A DNA stretch of 64,000 nt from an uncultured bacterium (GCA_903851135.1 CAINNK010000021.1:441-64440), one strand, 5' to 3'; positions 27,229-37,422 are shown, counted from the first letter of the stretch. Notes: a model not told the origin generated them from the sequence alone. Numbers and translations: made by a program.

Positions 27229-29298
27229 TTAAAATATGATTTTAATATCGACAGCTAAAGCACCTTGCTTATCATTATAGATAAAAAGCGGGTTAATGTC
27301 GAATTCTTTCACTTGAGGATTTTCCTTGGCAAAACTCATCAAAGCCAATAATATTTTGGAAAATTCTTTTGCGTCACAAGCAGCCTGACCTCTGGCACCC
27401 TTGAAAATAAAATTTATTTTGCTCTTTAAAATTTGAGTTTCAATTTCTTTCAGATTCATCGGAGCCAACAGAAAATTCACTAATTTGAAAATTTCCGTGT
27501 AGATTCCACCCAAACCATAGACAATCACTGGTCCAAAAATTGGATCTCGTTTGATGCCTAAAATAATTTCGGCAAATTTATCCACTTGAGCTTGCGCAAT
27601 TATTTTCTCTCCCGGGAAACTTTTTTGCATTTCATTAAAAGCTTTCTGCAGTTCTTCCTCATTTTTGATGCCAAGACGCAGCCCGCCTTGATCGGTTTTG
27701 TGCAAAATCAAATCTGAATCAACCTTCAGCGCCAAGGGAAAACCGATTTTCAAGTCATTAATATTTTTTTCTGTCACATTTCCATAGGCCACCGCTGCAA
27801 TTCCATAAAGCTCCATCACCTTAGCAGCATCAGCAAAGGAAAGGGCTTTGCGTTTTTCACTCAAAGCTTTTTCGATTATAACTTGGGCTTGTTGTTGCCT
27901 TGTGCGATCAATTTTCAAAACGGCAATTTTCGCATTGTCCTGCCTAAATTGTTGCCAAACTCGATATTTCTCCAAGGTGCCAATGGCCGCTTCCGGCGTC
28001 GAAAAGTTAACCAAACCATTTCTTGTGAAATTTTCCAGCGCTCCAGCAATTTTTTCACCGCCGATAAAAACTGGAATCACATTTAAATCTCTTTTTTTTG
28101 AATATTCAATGACAGTAGTTGCAATTTGACCAACTTTGGTCTGCCCTTGCGGCGTCAACAGACAAAAAATATTCTCAATTTTTTCTTTGTGCAAAATATC
28201 CAACACTGCCCGATAACGATCTTCCTGCGCGTCGCCCAACAGGTCAATAGGATTTTCAACTGAAGATTCGGACGGTAAAATTTTCTTGAGTTTCTTTTTT
28301 GAAGCCGCAGAAATATCAGCCAAGGTTATTTGCTTGTCCTTAAAAGCGTCTGTAGCCAAAACGCCAGCCCCGCCAGCATTAGTAATAACAGCGCACTGCG
28401 AACTCTTCGGAGCGCTATAACCACTAAGCAATTTCAGCAAGTTCAAAAATTCATCCAAATCATTGGCTCTGATCACGCCACATTTTTCAAAAGCCACGCT
28501 CATGATTTCGTCACTGCCAGCCAGAGCGCCAGTGTGCGAAGCAATTGCAATTTGAGTCTTGGCAGTTTTGCCAGCTTTCAAAATCACAATGGGTTTTTTC
28601 AAAGACACCTTACTTGCAGCTTGCAAAAATTTTTCACCATCTTTGATGCCTTCCAGATATAGCCCAATCACTTTCGTACGCAGATCATTTCCCAAATATT
28701 CAATCAATTCAGTTTCAGAAATTTGCATTTTATTGCCGACGGAAATGATTTTCGAAAAAGCCAAATGTTCTTTTCTAGCCTTGTCCATCAGAGCCACCGC
28801 CAATGCGCCAGATTGAGAAACAAAAGCGATATTGCCAACGGTCGGCATACCAGCAGCAAAAGAAGCATTGAGCTTAACAGGTGGCGCGATAAAACCCAAA
28901 CAATTCGGACCCAAAATATGCAAGCCCTTTTCGCGGGCCAACTTTTCAATTTTTTCTTCCAACTTTTTCCCAGCCGTTCCAGTTTCTGAAAAGCCAGCTG
29001 AGATGATGATGAAATTCTTGACTTTGCCTGAAGCTTGTCTGATTGTTTCATAGACAAACTTACCTGGAATTGCCAGGATTGCCAACTCAACTTCTTTCGG
29101 AATTTCCGTCAAAGCTTGATAGCATTTTTTCAAGCCTATCATCTTATACGCTGGATTCACAAAATACACCTTGCCTTGATAACCCAACTTAGCGATGTTG
29201 TTTACCAAAACGGTACCAATTTTGTCTTTTTTGTTAGATGCTCCCACAATCGCTATTGATTTTGGCGCAAACAAATTTTCCAATTTTTCATGAGTCAT
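27229..29298 (-). CDS. Acetate-CoA ligase (ADP-forming), fused alpha/beta
   Basis: PKSIAIVGAS, LGPNCLG, SQSGA, ASHTGALAG, ITNAGGAG, HKTDQGG, DINPL. Confidence 0.92.
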   Translation of the reverse strand: MTHEKLENLFAPKSIAIVGASNKKDKIGTVLVNNIAKLGYQGKVYFVNPAYKMIGLKKCYQALTEIPKEVELAILAIPGKFVYETIRQASGKVKNFIIISAGFSETGTAGKKLEEKIEKLAREKGLHILGPNCLGFIAPPVKLNASFAAGMPTVGNIAFVSQSGALAVALMDKARKEHLAFSKIISVGNKMQISETELIEYLGNDLRTKVIGLYLEGIKDGEKFLQAASKVSLKKPIVILKAGKTAKTQIAIASHTGALAGSDEIMSVAFEKCGVIRANDLDEFLNLLKLLSGYSAPKSSQCAVITNAGGAGVLATDAFKDKQITLADISAASKKKLKKILPSESSVENPIDLLGDAQEDRYRAVLDILHKEKIENIFCLLTPQGQTKVGQIATTVIEYSKKRDLNVIPVFIGGEKIAGALENFTRNGLVNFSTPEAAIGTLEKYRVWQQFRQDNAKIAVLKIDRTRQQQAQVIIEKALSEKRKALSFADAAKVMELYGIAAVAYGNVTEKNINDLKIGFPLALKVDSDLILHKTDQGGLRLGIKNEEELQKAFNEMQKSFPGEKIIAQAQVDKFAEIILGIKRDPIFGPVIVYGLGGIYTEIFKLVNFLLAPMNLKEIETQILKSKINFIFKGARGQAACDAKEFSKILLALMSFAKENPQVKEFDINPLFIYNDKQGALAVDIKIIF

Positions 29299-29503
29299 GG
29301 TTTTTTTGTTTTTATATTATTTAAACCTGCAAGAATACAAAATTACTAATATGCAAAAAGATATTTCATCATTCCTAGTTACTGATTACTATTTTTAAAT
29401 TATACCCTTTTTTGTCTTATCCGTAAAATGCAAATTTTCTGCCTTGGAAAAAATAATTTATAGCCTATTTTTGGCTAAAACAAGGCATCTTTCCTGAAAA
29501 AGC

Positions 29504-29532
29504 TTGACAATGGTGTTTTAATGTGCTAGAAT
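29504..29532 (+). promoter_or_regulatory. Sigma70-type promoter
   Basis: TTGACA-17 bp-TAGAAT. Confidence 0.75.
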
Positions 29533-29574
29533 AAAAAGTTCTCAATAGTCCAGTTAATTAAAATCTCAGAAAAA

Positions 29575-29718
29575 ATGAAACAGCATTCTAAATGGATAGC
29601 ATTAGCAGTGCTATTAGTACTGGTAATAGCAGCAGCATTTATGGGGCAGACCGCCGTCGCCCTTTACAGTGGAATTGTACTAATAGTGCTTGCAGGCGCT
29701 GCAGTATTAACCACTTAA
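29575..29718 (+). CDS. 47-aa two-TM microprotein (below the ORF-track cutoff)
   Basis: MKQHSKWIALAVLLVLVIAAAFMGQTAVALYSGIVLIVLAGAAVLTT, behind a promoter; hairpin and T-run near 29813-29842. Confidence 0.65.
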   Translation: MKQHSKWIALAVLLVLVIAAAFMGQTAVALYSGIVLIVLAGAAVLTT

Positions 29719-29930
29719 AAAAGCTGCTTAATGCTTAAATCTATAAGGAAATTTTCAGCACATGGTGCGATAAAAATTTCCTTATAGATATTTTTCAAAT
29801 TTCCCCACCAAAAAACGAGCAAAATTGCCCGTTTCTTTTTTTGCATTTTTATTTGTAGATTCGTAGCCAATTTGTAGATTTGTGGGTTCTTAACAATGTA
29901 GCAATATAACAATGTAACAATCTAACAATT

Positions 29931-31043
29931 TCAGAGCCCAGTATTTTTTAGATCTTCCAGCAGTTTCTTCTGCTCACGACTTAAATTCTTGGGCACGTCC
30001 ACGACAATTTTCACCAGTTGATTGCCACGCACACCCGAGCGACCAAGTTGCGGGATGCCTTTGTCTTTGATGCGAAAAGTTTCGCCTGATTGGGTGCCGG
30101 CTGGAATTTTAATGCTGAGTTTTTCATCAATCGTGCGCACGCTCACTTTGTCACCCAACACCGCTTGCGAAAAAGTGATGTGCTCAGTTGACAAAATGTC
30201 ATTGCCTTTTCTTTCAAAAAGATTATGCGGTTTGACGTGGACATTCACAAACAAATCACCATTGGAAGAACCTCGTTCGCCAGCTTCACCTTGACCTTGC
30301 AAGGAAATAGTTTGCCCATTGGAAATTCCCGCCGGAATATCGAAAACAATTTTCTGTTGTTCGCGCACGCGCCCATCGCCGCTACATTTGTGACACTTTT
30401 TGGCATAAGTTTTGCCAGCTCCCAAGCAAGTCGGACAAGTTGAGGCCTGGACAAAACTGCCAAAGAAACTTTGCACAGTCTGCCGGATTTGACCAGAACC
30501 TTTGCAGGTGTGGCAAGTTTCCTCCTTGGCTCCTGGTTCTCCGCCAGTGCCACGGCACAAATCACAAACCAGCCTACGCAGCAAGGAAACTTCCCGATGA
30601 GCGCCAGAGACCATTTCTTCAAAACTTATTTCAGCGTCGATCTGAATGTCACGCCCAGCCTTTTGCGAACTTCGCCCACGGCCACCACCACCGCCAAAAA
30701 TATCGGAAAAAATATCCTCAAAACCGCCGCCAAATTCGAAACCTTGGCTACCTTGTTGAAATCCAGAAAAATCAAAGCCCTGTGAAGAAAATCCGCCAAA
30801 GCCTTGGCCACCTCCGCCACCTCTTTGAGCCTGCTCAAAAGTTTGACCATATTGATCATATTGACCGCGCTTTTCTTTGTCAGAAAGCACTTGATAAGCA
30901 GCGTTTATTTCTTTGAATTTTTCCGCGTCGCCGCCAGTTTTGTCCGGATGATGCTTGTGAGCCAATTTGCGATAAGCCTTTTTAATCTCATCATCACTAG
31001 CGCCTTTGTTGACGCCCAGTGTTTCATATAAATCCTTAGCCAT
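29931..31043 (-). CDS. dnaJ: Chaperone DnaJ
   Basis: HPD J-domain, G/F region, four CxxCxGxG repeats. Confidence 0.97.
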   Translation of the reverse strand: MAKDLYETLGVNKGASDDEIKKAYRKLAHKHHPDKTGGDAEKFKEINAAYQVLSDKEKRGQYDQYGQTFEQAQRGGGGGQGFGGFSSQGFDFSGFQQGSQGFEFGGGFEDIFSDIFGGGGGRGRSSQKAGRDIQIDAEISFEEMVSGAHREVSLLRRLVCDLCRGTGGEPGAKEETCHTCKGSGQIRQTVQSFFGSFVQASTCPTCLGAGKTYAKKCHKCSGDGRVREQQKIVFDIPAGISNGQTISLQGQGEAGERGSSNGDLFVNVHVKPHNLFERKGNDILSTEHITFSQAVLGDKVSVRTIDEKLSIKIPAGTQSGETFRIKDKGIPQLGRSGVRGNQLVKIVVDVPKNLSREQKKLLEDLKNTGL

Positions 31044-31074
31044 ATATTTGAATATATTTAATATTTTTAATCTT

Positions 31075-31187
31075 AGCGAGCAAACTTTTTCTTTTTTCGC
31101 TTGAAAGTGGTTTACCTTGGTGTTAAAAAATCAAATAGTCATAAAAAACACTTTCACTGGGATAAAAAGAAAAATGTTTGCGAGCGA
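31075..31187. repeat. ~113-bp hairpin repeat (inverted copy of 24624-24734)
   Basis: AGCGAGCAAACTTTTTC...GAAAAATGTTTGCGAGCGA. Confidence 0.85.
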
Positions 31188-31271
31188 TACTCCAATTTAA
31201 TCATTCTAAACCAAAAATAAAAAATTAGCAATCCCCCAAGATGAGTGCTAATCAAATTAAACTTTTCACTC

Positions 31272-32342
31272 CTACGCAATCATTTCTTTCTCCACCGTCA
31301 CGGTTTTAATCGCAACAAAACCAAAGCGAACCAAGAGAGAAAAAATCCCAATACTCAAACCAAAAAAGACAATACTCAGCAAAGAACAAATCGAGAGCAC
31401 CGTGAAAAAGAGAATCCCCGCCAGCACTCCGGCAACAGAAGATGAGCCTTGTTGACCAGCCACACTTGGAGCAAAAATACTTTCTATTTTTTTGCTAATA
31501 AGTTCTGAAATAACCGTTGAAACATTTTCCGAACCTTGCACATCTCGACCAATGAGCGCGGAAAGCTGACCTCGACTTTGCTGCAAAATCAAAACCTGCT
31601 CCTCCTTGGTCAATTGAGAGTTAAGATTATTCAACTTATTGCCAACCTGCAAGCGAAGCTGCTCGCGATTTTCAAGCGGAATGTTCTGCTGATCAAGCTC
31701 TTGCTCCACAATTTGAGCCGTGTCAAAATCAAAACCTTGCTGATTTTGAGCCAATCGCTGACTTTCCTGATTTTTCAAAATAAATTCATCCACAGTGATA
31801 TTTTCGTTTTCCAAAGATTTGAAAGTTGGATCAATGGCAGACAAGACTGAAAACGCTACTTTGCTCGAAGTGCTACCAAGTTCAATACGCGGAATCAAAA
31901 TCTGACCTTTCAGTTGACTAATCACTGAAAAATATTGCAATGAAATGACAAGTGAAATCGCCAAAACCAGCATTGCCTTTCCAGTCCGCAGGGATTTGAG
32001 TAAATCAATTTTAATGTTTAGCTCCAAATCTCGACGAATCCTCCTGGCGGCTAAAAACAAAAAATATCCGCCAACAATTGCTCCCAACAAATGCCACAAA
32101 CTGAAAGTGAAAACCACGCCAACTAGCAAAGAAGCCACAAGCAGCAATTCCAAAAAAACAATATCCTCGAAAAGCACAATGTCCAAACAAATACAGACAA
32201 GAAAAAACATAAACAAAATCATCGGCCCAATCCAAGTGCCATTGCCACCAGCTCGAACTATTTGATCGACGCCATGCCACGAAAAAAAAGCAAACGTCAC
32301 CGTCAACAAACTAAGCACTAGTTCGATTTTTTTGCGAATCAT
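31272..32342 (-). CDS. Hypothetical multi-pass membrane protein
   Basis: 356-aa ORF with several TM segments. Confidence 0.8.
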   Translation of the reverse strand: MIRKKIELVLSLLTVTFAFFSWHGVDQIVRAGGNGTWIGPMILFMFFLVCICLDIVLFEDIVFLELLLVASLLVGVVFTFSLWHLLGAIVGGYFLFLAARRIRRDLELNIKIDLLKSLRTGKAMLVLAISLVISLQYFSVISQLKGQILIPRIELGSTSSKVAFSVLSAIDPTFKSLENENITVDEFILKNQESQRLAQNQQGFDFDTAQIVEQELDQQNIPLENREQLRLQVGNKLNNLNSQLTKEEQVLILQQSRGQLSALIGRDVQGSENVSTVISELISKKIESIFAPSVAGQQGSSSVAGVLAGILFFTVLSICSLLSIVFFGLSIGIFSLLVRFGFVAIKTVTVEKEMIA

Positions 32343-32474
32343 AAATTTTTTTTACAATGATATTTTTCTATTATAACAGATTTGAGAATTTTACAAAAAG
32401 AAAAACAAAAAACATCCCGCTGATTTTTGGCAATCAATAGTGAGATGTTTATGCAAATCTTTGAATGAATTTTC

Positions 32475-32702
32475 CTAAGAAACTCTCGTGCTCTTCGCAG
32501 AACGAACACTGCCAGATTGAGCTTGCTGAGTTGAGCTATATGTCTGGCTGGAAGTGCTGGCGCTACCAGTTGTGGTTGGCGCGTTTGTCAGTGTCTGAAC
32601 ATTGGCTTGAGTCGAATTTTTGGAAAGATTAAAATAAATAACAGCCACCACCGCGACTGGCAATGCAACAACAAACAAAAAGGTTAGAAACTTTTTTTTC
32701 AT
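32475..32702 (-). CDS. Small Ser/Thr-rich exported protein
   Basis: MKKKF plus hydrophobic segment; S/T-rich tail ending STRVS. Confidence 0.65.
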   Translation of the reverse strand: MKKKFLTFLFVVALPVAVVAVIYFNLSKNSTQANVQTLTNAPTTTGSASTSSQTYSSTQQAQSGSVRSAKSTRVS

Positions 32703-32797
32703 ACTTTTAACGATAAGATATTAACACACCCAAAAGAATATACGCGCTGTCTGGCATATTCTTTCAAATCATCAACGCAAAAAGCTCTTTAGGCGGC

Positions 32798-33406
32798 TTA
32801 TTGCTGAGCTCCTGGCAAGCTAGTTGGAACTTTAACGCCAGCCGGTAATTTGATGTTTTTCATCGAATCGAGAGTCTTTTTCAGGACTTGACATTGGTCA
32901 GTAAAAGTCACTGCAGCAGGAATCGTGAAATCTATGTCAGCAATCGGAGTACAAGTGGAACTAGTGTCACTGTTTATCTTATCCTGAACGTTAGTGATGG
33001 AACTATCAACTAAATTTTTCTGTTGCTCCGGCAAACTAGCTTTAAGGTCTTGCAAGCAAGCCTTGGTCATCTTCAAACCAGTCGCCTCCCCTTCAGTCCA
33101 CACAAACGTGGCTTCACCATCAAAAATGATGTTTTGCTTTTTGTTGTTGATTTCAGAAGTTGATTTAATTTTAGTGCCTTCAATATAAACAACCTTGGCT
33201 GCACTATCTTTTGAACTCATGGTGCATTGCATTTTGGTGCCTAAACCAATGGCATCTTTAATTGAGCTGACAACTCCACTGGCTGCATTGCTAGGTTCAG
33301 GTGCTGGCCCCTGTTGCGCCGGAGTCAAAGCGGCATTTTTGCTGCCGCAACCAGAGAAAAGCAAGGCTGTTGCAACAATTCCAAAAAACACAAATGTTTT
33401 TTTCAT
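32798..33406 (-). CDS. Hypothetical lipoprotein
   Basis: Lipobox-like LFSGC. Confidence 0.8.
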   Translation of the reverse strand: MKKTFVFFGIVATALLFSGCGSKNAALTPAQQGPAPEPSNAASGVVSSIKDAIGLGTKMQCTMSSKDSAAKVVYIEGTKIKSTSEINNKKQNIIFDGEATFVWTEGEATGLKMTKACLQDLKASLPEQQKNLVDSSITNVQDKINSDTSSTCTPIADIDFTIPAAVTFTDQCQVLKKTLDSMKNIKLPAGVKVPTSLPGAQQ

Positions 33407-33484
33407 ATTTTTTTGTAAATTATTATTAGCTAAATTATTTACGAAGTATACGTAATTTATGCTTTTAACTAAAAACTATCTCTA

Positions 33485-33600
33485 AATTTTTACGAGCTTG
33501 CTTGCTTTTTAGACCATTGAAGCGACAGCTTCTCTGAGCCCTTGGTATAGTTCCTAGCCAAGGAGCGTGCCCTAAAAAGTGAACAAGGGAAGTAAAAATT
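33485..33600. repeat. Long nested hairpin element, related to 8571-8723
   Basis: AATTTTTAC/GTAAAAATT and CTTGCTTGCTTTTTAG/CTAAAAAGTGAACAAG; inner stem CCTTGG/CCAAGG. Confidence 0.7.
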
Positions 33601-33645
33601 ACTAACTTAGTTTCCCGGAACTATGAGTTAGATATGGATCATTAT

Positions 33646-33912
33646 TTATCTTGTCAAGTCATCACCGAGCTGAGAGCTCCAATCAAAATGTTCTTTAAAG
33701 AGATAGTTTTCGCTACTTTTTTCTTTGCAAAATTGATAAGCTCGGTCGCCCAGATTTGAATTTTCCACACAAGCATTCCAAACCGCCAAATCTTGCACGT
33801 TGATTTTTCGCATTTCCAGATATTGACTGAAGGCATAACTAACCGTGAAAATGAAAGCAATCACCGCGAATATCACGACCATCACTTGATTGAATAACTC
33901 TTTGTTTTTCAT
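33646..33912 (-). CDS. Small hypothetical single-TM protein
   Basis: ATG 33912 (MKNKELF), one TM, one Cys pair. Confidence 0.65.
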   Translation of the reverse strand: MKNKELFNQVMVVIFAVIAFIFTVSYAFSQYLEMRKINVQDLAVWNACVENSNLGDRAYQFCKEKSSENYLFKEHFDWSSQLGDDLTR

Positions 33913-33980
33913 AAAAAAGATTTTAGCGTTTAGTGCTTTTATTATACTCCAATTTGTTTGAACCACAATAGCGTAAATTC

Positions 33981-34077
33981 TGTCATTCCCATGAAAATGA
34001 GAATCCAGCCTTAATTCATATCAGAATATCTCCTTTTTTAAAACGTAACCTGGATTCCCGTTTTCACGGGAATGACA
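33981..34077. repeat. REP/dRS3-like inverted pair (ATTCCC-N8-GGGAAT type)
   Basis: TGTCATTCCCATGAAAATGAGAATCCAG ... CTGGATTCCCGTTTTCACGGGAATGACA. Confidence 0.8.
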
Positions 34078-34080
34078 TAC

Positions 34081-34107
34081 AAAAAAACACTCCTTACGGA
34101 GTGTTTT
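34081..34107 (-). terminator. Intrinsic terminator of the ribosomal protein operon
   Basis: A7-CACTCC-ttac-GGAGTG, just after the rpsI stop. Confidence 0.85.
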
Positions 34108-34114
34108 GGAAGAT

Positions 34115-34624
34115 TTATCTTTTTGCCCACTGTGGAGATTTGCGGGCTTTTTTGAGACCTGGTTTCTTGCGTTCAACTTCGCGAGCATCGCGAGTCATAT
34201 ATCCAAGTTCCTTCAAAGTCTTCTTGAAAGTTTCGTCATATTTCACCAAAGCTCTGGAAATTCCAAGACGCACAGCCTCAACTTGACCAGTCACTCCACC
34301 ACCTCGCACCAAAACGGTAGCGCGCACTTTGCCATAAAGTCCCACGGCTTTAAGCGGGGCCAAGAAAGTGTTTTGCAGATTAGCTACTGGGAAATAGTCT
34401 TTCAATTTTTTCTTGTTGATCACAAAGTCAGAATCAGTTGCCTTGTCATAGGCAAACAAGCGAACTTGCGCCACTGAGGCTTTGCGACGTCCAACTCCGT
34501 AAAAATAAACCTCCTCAACTGATTTCTTTTCAGCTTTAACAGCTGCTACTTTTTCAGTAACTTCCGGAGTCGCCTTTTTTACTTTTTTGGTCGTTGTCGT
34601 CTTTACTTCTTTTTTTACTGCCAT
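34115..34624 (-). CDS. rpsI: 30S ribosomal protein S9 (N-terminal extension)
   Basis: GVGRRKASVAQVRL, GGGVTGQ, ERKKPGLKKARKSPQWAKR. Confidence 0.97.
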   Translation of the reverse strand: MAVKKEVKTTTTKKVKKATPEVTEKVAAVKAEKKSVEEVYFYGVGRRKASVAQVRLFAYDKATDSDFVINKKKLKDYFPVANLQNTFLAPLKAVGLYGKVRATVLVRGGGVTGQVEAVRLGISRALVKYDETFKKTLKELGYMTRDAREVERKKPGLKKARKSPQWAKR

Positions 34625-34630
34625 ATATAG

Positions 34631-34714
34631 TTCGTGAAACGTGAAGCGTGGAACTTGGAGCGTAAAGTGTGAAAACTTTTCACGTTACGCGTTCCACGTT
34701 ATGCGTTATGCGAT
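34631..34714. repeat. Heptamer-periodic hairpin (CGTGGAA/TTACGCG family)
   Basis: CGTGAAA CGTGAAG CGTGGAA ... CACGTTA CGCGTTC CACGTTA TGCGTTA. Confidence 0.8.
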
Positions 34715-34719
34715 AAATT

Positions 34720-35109
34720 TTAATGTGTGATTTCAATATTCTTGTGTTCATGCTCAGCTGCGCCATACACATGTAAACGTAGCATCATTTTGTCTCGCAG
34801 TTTGTTCTTTGGCAGCATCCCATAAACAGCATTTTGAATCACTTTGCGCGGATCCTTTTCAAGCAAATCTTGAAAAGCAATCGCAGTGATTCCACCTGGA
34901 TAACCACTGAAACTGTGATAAATCTTGTCAGTCAATTTCTTGCCAGTTACGCGAATTTGGCTAGCATTAATCACCACCACAAAATCACCTCCATCAATAT
35001 GCGGAGTATAGTCAACTTTGTTTCGGCCGCTAAGCACTTTTGCAATCTCGGTTGACAAGCGTCCGAGAACTTTTCCTTGAGCATCAAAGAGATGATATTG
35101 TCTGTTCAT
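34720..35109 (-). CDS. rplM: 50S ribosomal protein L13
   Basis: DAQGKVLGRL, YTPHIDGGDFVVVINA, SGYPGG, GMLPKN. Confidence 0.97.
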   Translation of the reverse strand: MNRQYHLFDAQGKVLGRLSTEIAKVLSGRNKVDYTPHIDGGDFVVVINASQIRVTGKKLTDKIYHSFSGYPGGITAIAFQDLLEKDPRKVIQNAVYGMLPKNKLRDKMMLRLHVYGAAEHEHKNIEITH

Positions 35110-35118
35110 AATTATTCT

Positions 35119-35225
35119 TGAAACGTGGAGCGCAAAACGTGGAGCCTAAACTCATTGCCTCATACGTCTTTTACATCAATTTTACGTTATACAGGTTATG
35201 CGTTACGCGATTTGCGTTACGCGAT
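35119..35225. repeat. Heptamer-periodic hairpin (same family as 34631)
   Basis: AAACGTGGAGCG units facing TGCGTTACGCGAT units. Confidence 0.7.
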
Positions 35226-35228
35226 TTA

Positions 35229-35594
35229 TTATACAAATTCAATTATTGCCATCTTAGCACCATCGCTTTTGCGCGGAGCAATTTTCAAAATTCTAGTGTA
35301 ACCACTAGTGCGAGCTGAAAATTTTGAGGCAAATTCGCCTGAAAGCTTTTTGACAGCCATCAAAGGAATTTCCTTGCGCAAATCTCGCATGATTGCAACT
35401 CGTTTGGTTTCATCAGCTGAGATTTTCTTTGCTTTGGTGATAATCTTGTCAATCATCGGCTTGATCTCTTTGGCCTTGGCTTCCGTAGTCGTGATTTTTT
35501 CCTTCACAATAAAACTGCCGATCAATGTTTTAAACAAAGCTGTTCGCACTTTCTTGACTCTGCTAAATTTTCTGCCTTTAACTAAATGTTTCAT
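35229..35594 (-). CDS. rplQ: 50S ribosomal protein L17
   Basis: ITTTEAKAKE, GYTRILK, DGAKMAIIEFV. Confidence 0.96.
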   Translation of the reverse strand: MKHLVKGRKFSRVKKVRTALFKTLIGSFIVKEKITTTEAKAKEIKPMIDKIITKAKKISADETKRVAIMRDLRKEIPLMAVKKLSGEFASKFSARTSGYTRILKIAPRKSDGAKMAIIEFV

Positions 35595-35601
35595 ATTCTT
35601 A

Positions 35602-36570
35602 TTACTGTTTTAAGGTGAGCCCAAGTTCACCAACTGACTTTTTAATTTCTTTGATACCCTTGTCACCCATGCCTTCTAAGCCTTTAAGGCCTTCTTCAGT
35701 ATGTTTAACAATATCTTTAACCTTTACAATTTTGTTCGTTTCAAGCACATTTAAGGTTCGAGTTGAAAGATTCTTGAGTTCGGTAACTTTGACTTTAAGT
35801 GGATCAAATTCTTCCTCCTTGGCAACAGCCACCTCTTCAATCAGCTCCGCTTCTTGAATTTCAACCACTGGTTTTTCTTCAACCACTTCAATTCCACCCA
35901 GCACTGAAAATTGTTCAACCAAAAGCACGACGGCTTTCGAAAATGCTTCTTGCGGAGTAATACTGCCATCAGTCACAATTTCAAGCGTGATTTTGTTATA
36001 GTCAGTTCTTTTTCCAACGCGCATATTCTCAACTTCATAGTTCACGCGACGAATCGGAGTGTAAACTGCGTCAATGGCAATCACTTCAATTTCTTTTTCA
36101 CCACGCTCCTGTTGATCGATTGGAACATAACCTAGACCGTTTGAAACTTCCAATTCCATTTCCAACTCAACTTTTTTATCAGTGATAGTGGCAATGATTT
36201 GCTCAGGGTTCACAACTTCAACCTCAGAAGAACCTTTGATTGCTGCAGCTGTCACTTTTCCTTCACCTTTAAACTTCAAGCTGACTTTGACTGATTCATC
36301 GGTGTGGAGTCTGAATCTGATTTTTTTCAAATTAAGAATAATCTGAACAGCATCTTCCATAACTCCGTCAAGAGTTGAAAATTCATGTGAGACACCTTTG
36401 ATTTTAACAGAAGTTACCGCTGCACCTTTGAGTGAAGAAAGCAAAACGCGTCTAAGCGCATTTCCAAGGGTCATTCCATATCCTGGGTAGCATCCCATGA
36501 TTTCGAATTTTCCGCTTTGGTCATTAATCGGGGTGTATTTTGGCTTCTGAGGAAGTGACACTGTCTGCAT
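35602..36570 (-). CDS. rpoA: RNA polymerase alpha subunit
   Basis: GYGMTLGNALRRVLLSS, HEFST, VENMRVGKRTDY. Confidence 0.97.
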   Translation of the reverse strand: MQTVSLPQKPKYTPINDQSGKFEIMGCYPGYGMTLGNALRRVLLSSLKGAAVTSVKIKGVSHEFSTLDGVMEDAVQIILNLKKIRFRLHTDESVKVSLKFKGEGKVTAAAIKGSSEVEVVNPEQIIATITDKKVELEMELEVSNGLGYVPIDQQERGEKEIEVIAIDAVYTPIRRVNYEVENMRVGKRTDYNKITLEIVTDGSITPQEAFSKAVVLLVEQFSVLGGIEVVEEKPVVEIQEAELIEEVAVAKEEEFDPLKVKVTELKNLSTRTLNVLETNKIVKVKDIVKHTEEGLKGLEGMGDKGIKEIKKSVGELGLTLKQ

Positions 36571-36664
36571 ATCCTCTTTTGAACGAAAAGCTCATGGAAA
36601 CATTTCCACAAACTAACCGTTTTAGTTAATGAAGTTAAAAAAACAAAAAATATGATATTTATCT

Positions 36665-37300
36665 TTAACGAGAATAGGCTTCAACCACCATCTGAGGATC
36701 AACTTGAATACCGACATCCTCTCTGGCTGGCAAAGAAATCACTTTCCCCTCAATTGCAGTCTGATCAAATTGAATCCAGCGTGGAAAATCTTTTTTATTC
36801 TTGATTGACTGAATTTGATTGGTGAAATAGACATTGCCTTTCTTTGATTGTTTGATGCTAATCACGTCACCAACTTTAACCTCATATGATGGAATCGTCA
36901 CCGCTTTGCCGTTAAGCAAAAATGCTCCGTGATTAACCATCTGACGAGCTTGGATTGGAGAAAGCGCAAATCCCATTTTACGAACTACGTTATCCAAACG
37001 AAGTTCCAATCTTGCCATCAATAAATCTCCTGTTACGCCCGGCTTATTTTCAATTTCCTCATAGTGCTTGCGGAATTGTCTTTCCAGAATTCCATAAATA
37101 CGCTTAATGCGTTGTTTCATGGCAAGCTGTTTGCCGAATTCACTCAATCCTCTAGACATTCTCTTGCCATGCACACCAGGAGCGTAAGGTCGTTTAATCA
37201 TTGCGCACTTTGCAGTGTTGCAGCGATCACCTTTGAGAAAAAGCTTTTCTCCTGAGCGGCGACATCTTTTACATTTTGATCCTAATAAATCTCTAGCCAT
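36665..37300 (-). CDS. rpsD: 30S ribosomal protein S4 (zinc-binding type)
   Basis: CKRCRR..LFLKGDRC, YGILERQF, LELRLDNVV. Confidence 0.97.
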   Translation of the reverse strand: MARDLLGSKCKRCRRSGEKLFLKGDRCNTAKCAMIKRPYAPGVHGKRMSRGLSEFGKQLAMKQRIKRIYGILERQFRKHYEEIENKPGVTGDLLMARLELRLDNVVRKMGFALSPIQARQMVNHGAFLLNGKAVTIPSYEVKVGDVISIKQSKKGNVYFTNQIQSIKNKKDFPRWIQFDQTAIEGKVISLPAREDVGIQVDPQMVVEAYSR

Positions 37301-37302
37301 AA

Positions 37303-37422
37303 TATATAATTCAAAATTTAAATCTCAAAATGGAAAATTTTGGAGTCACTTTGTGACGTTTTGGAAAGTCATGAGCAAAGCGAATTCCTAAATTTTAAAT
37401 TTTGATTTTTGATTTTTTAATT
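37303..37422. repeat. 120-bp hairpin repeat, copy 1
   Basis: 4 mismatches versus 37911-38030 by manual alignment. Confidence 0.92.
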
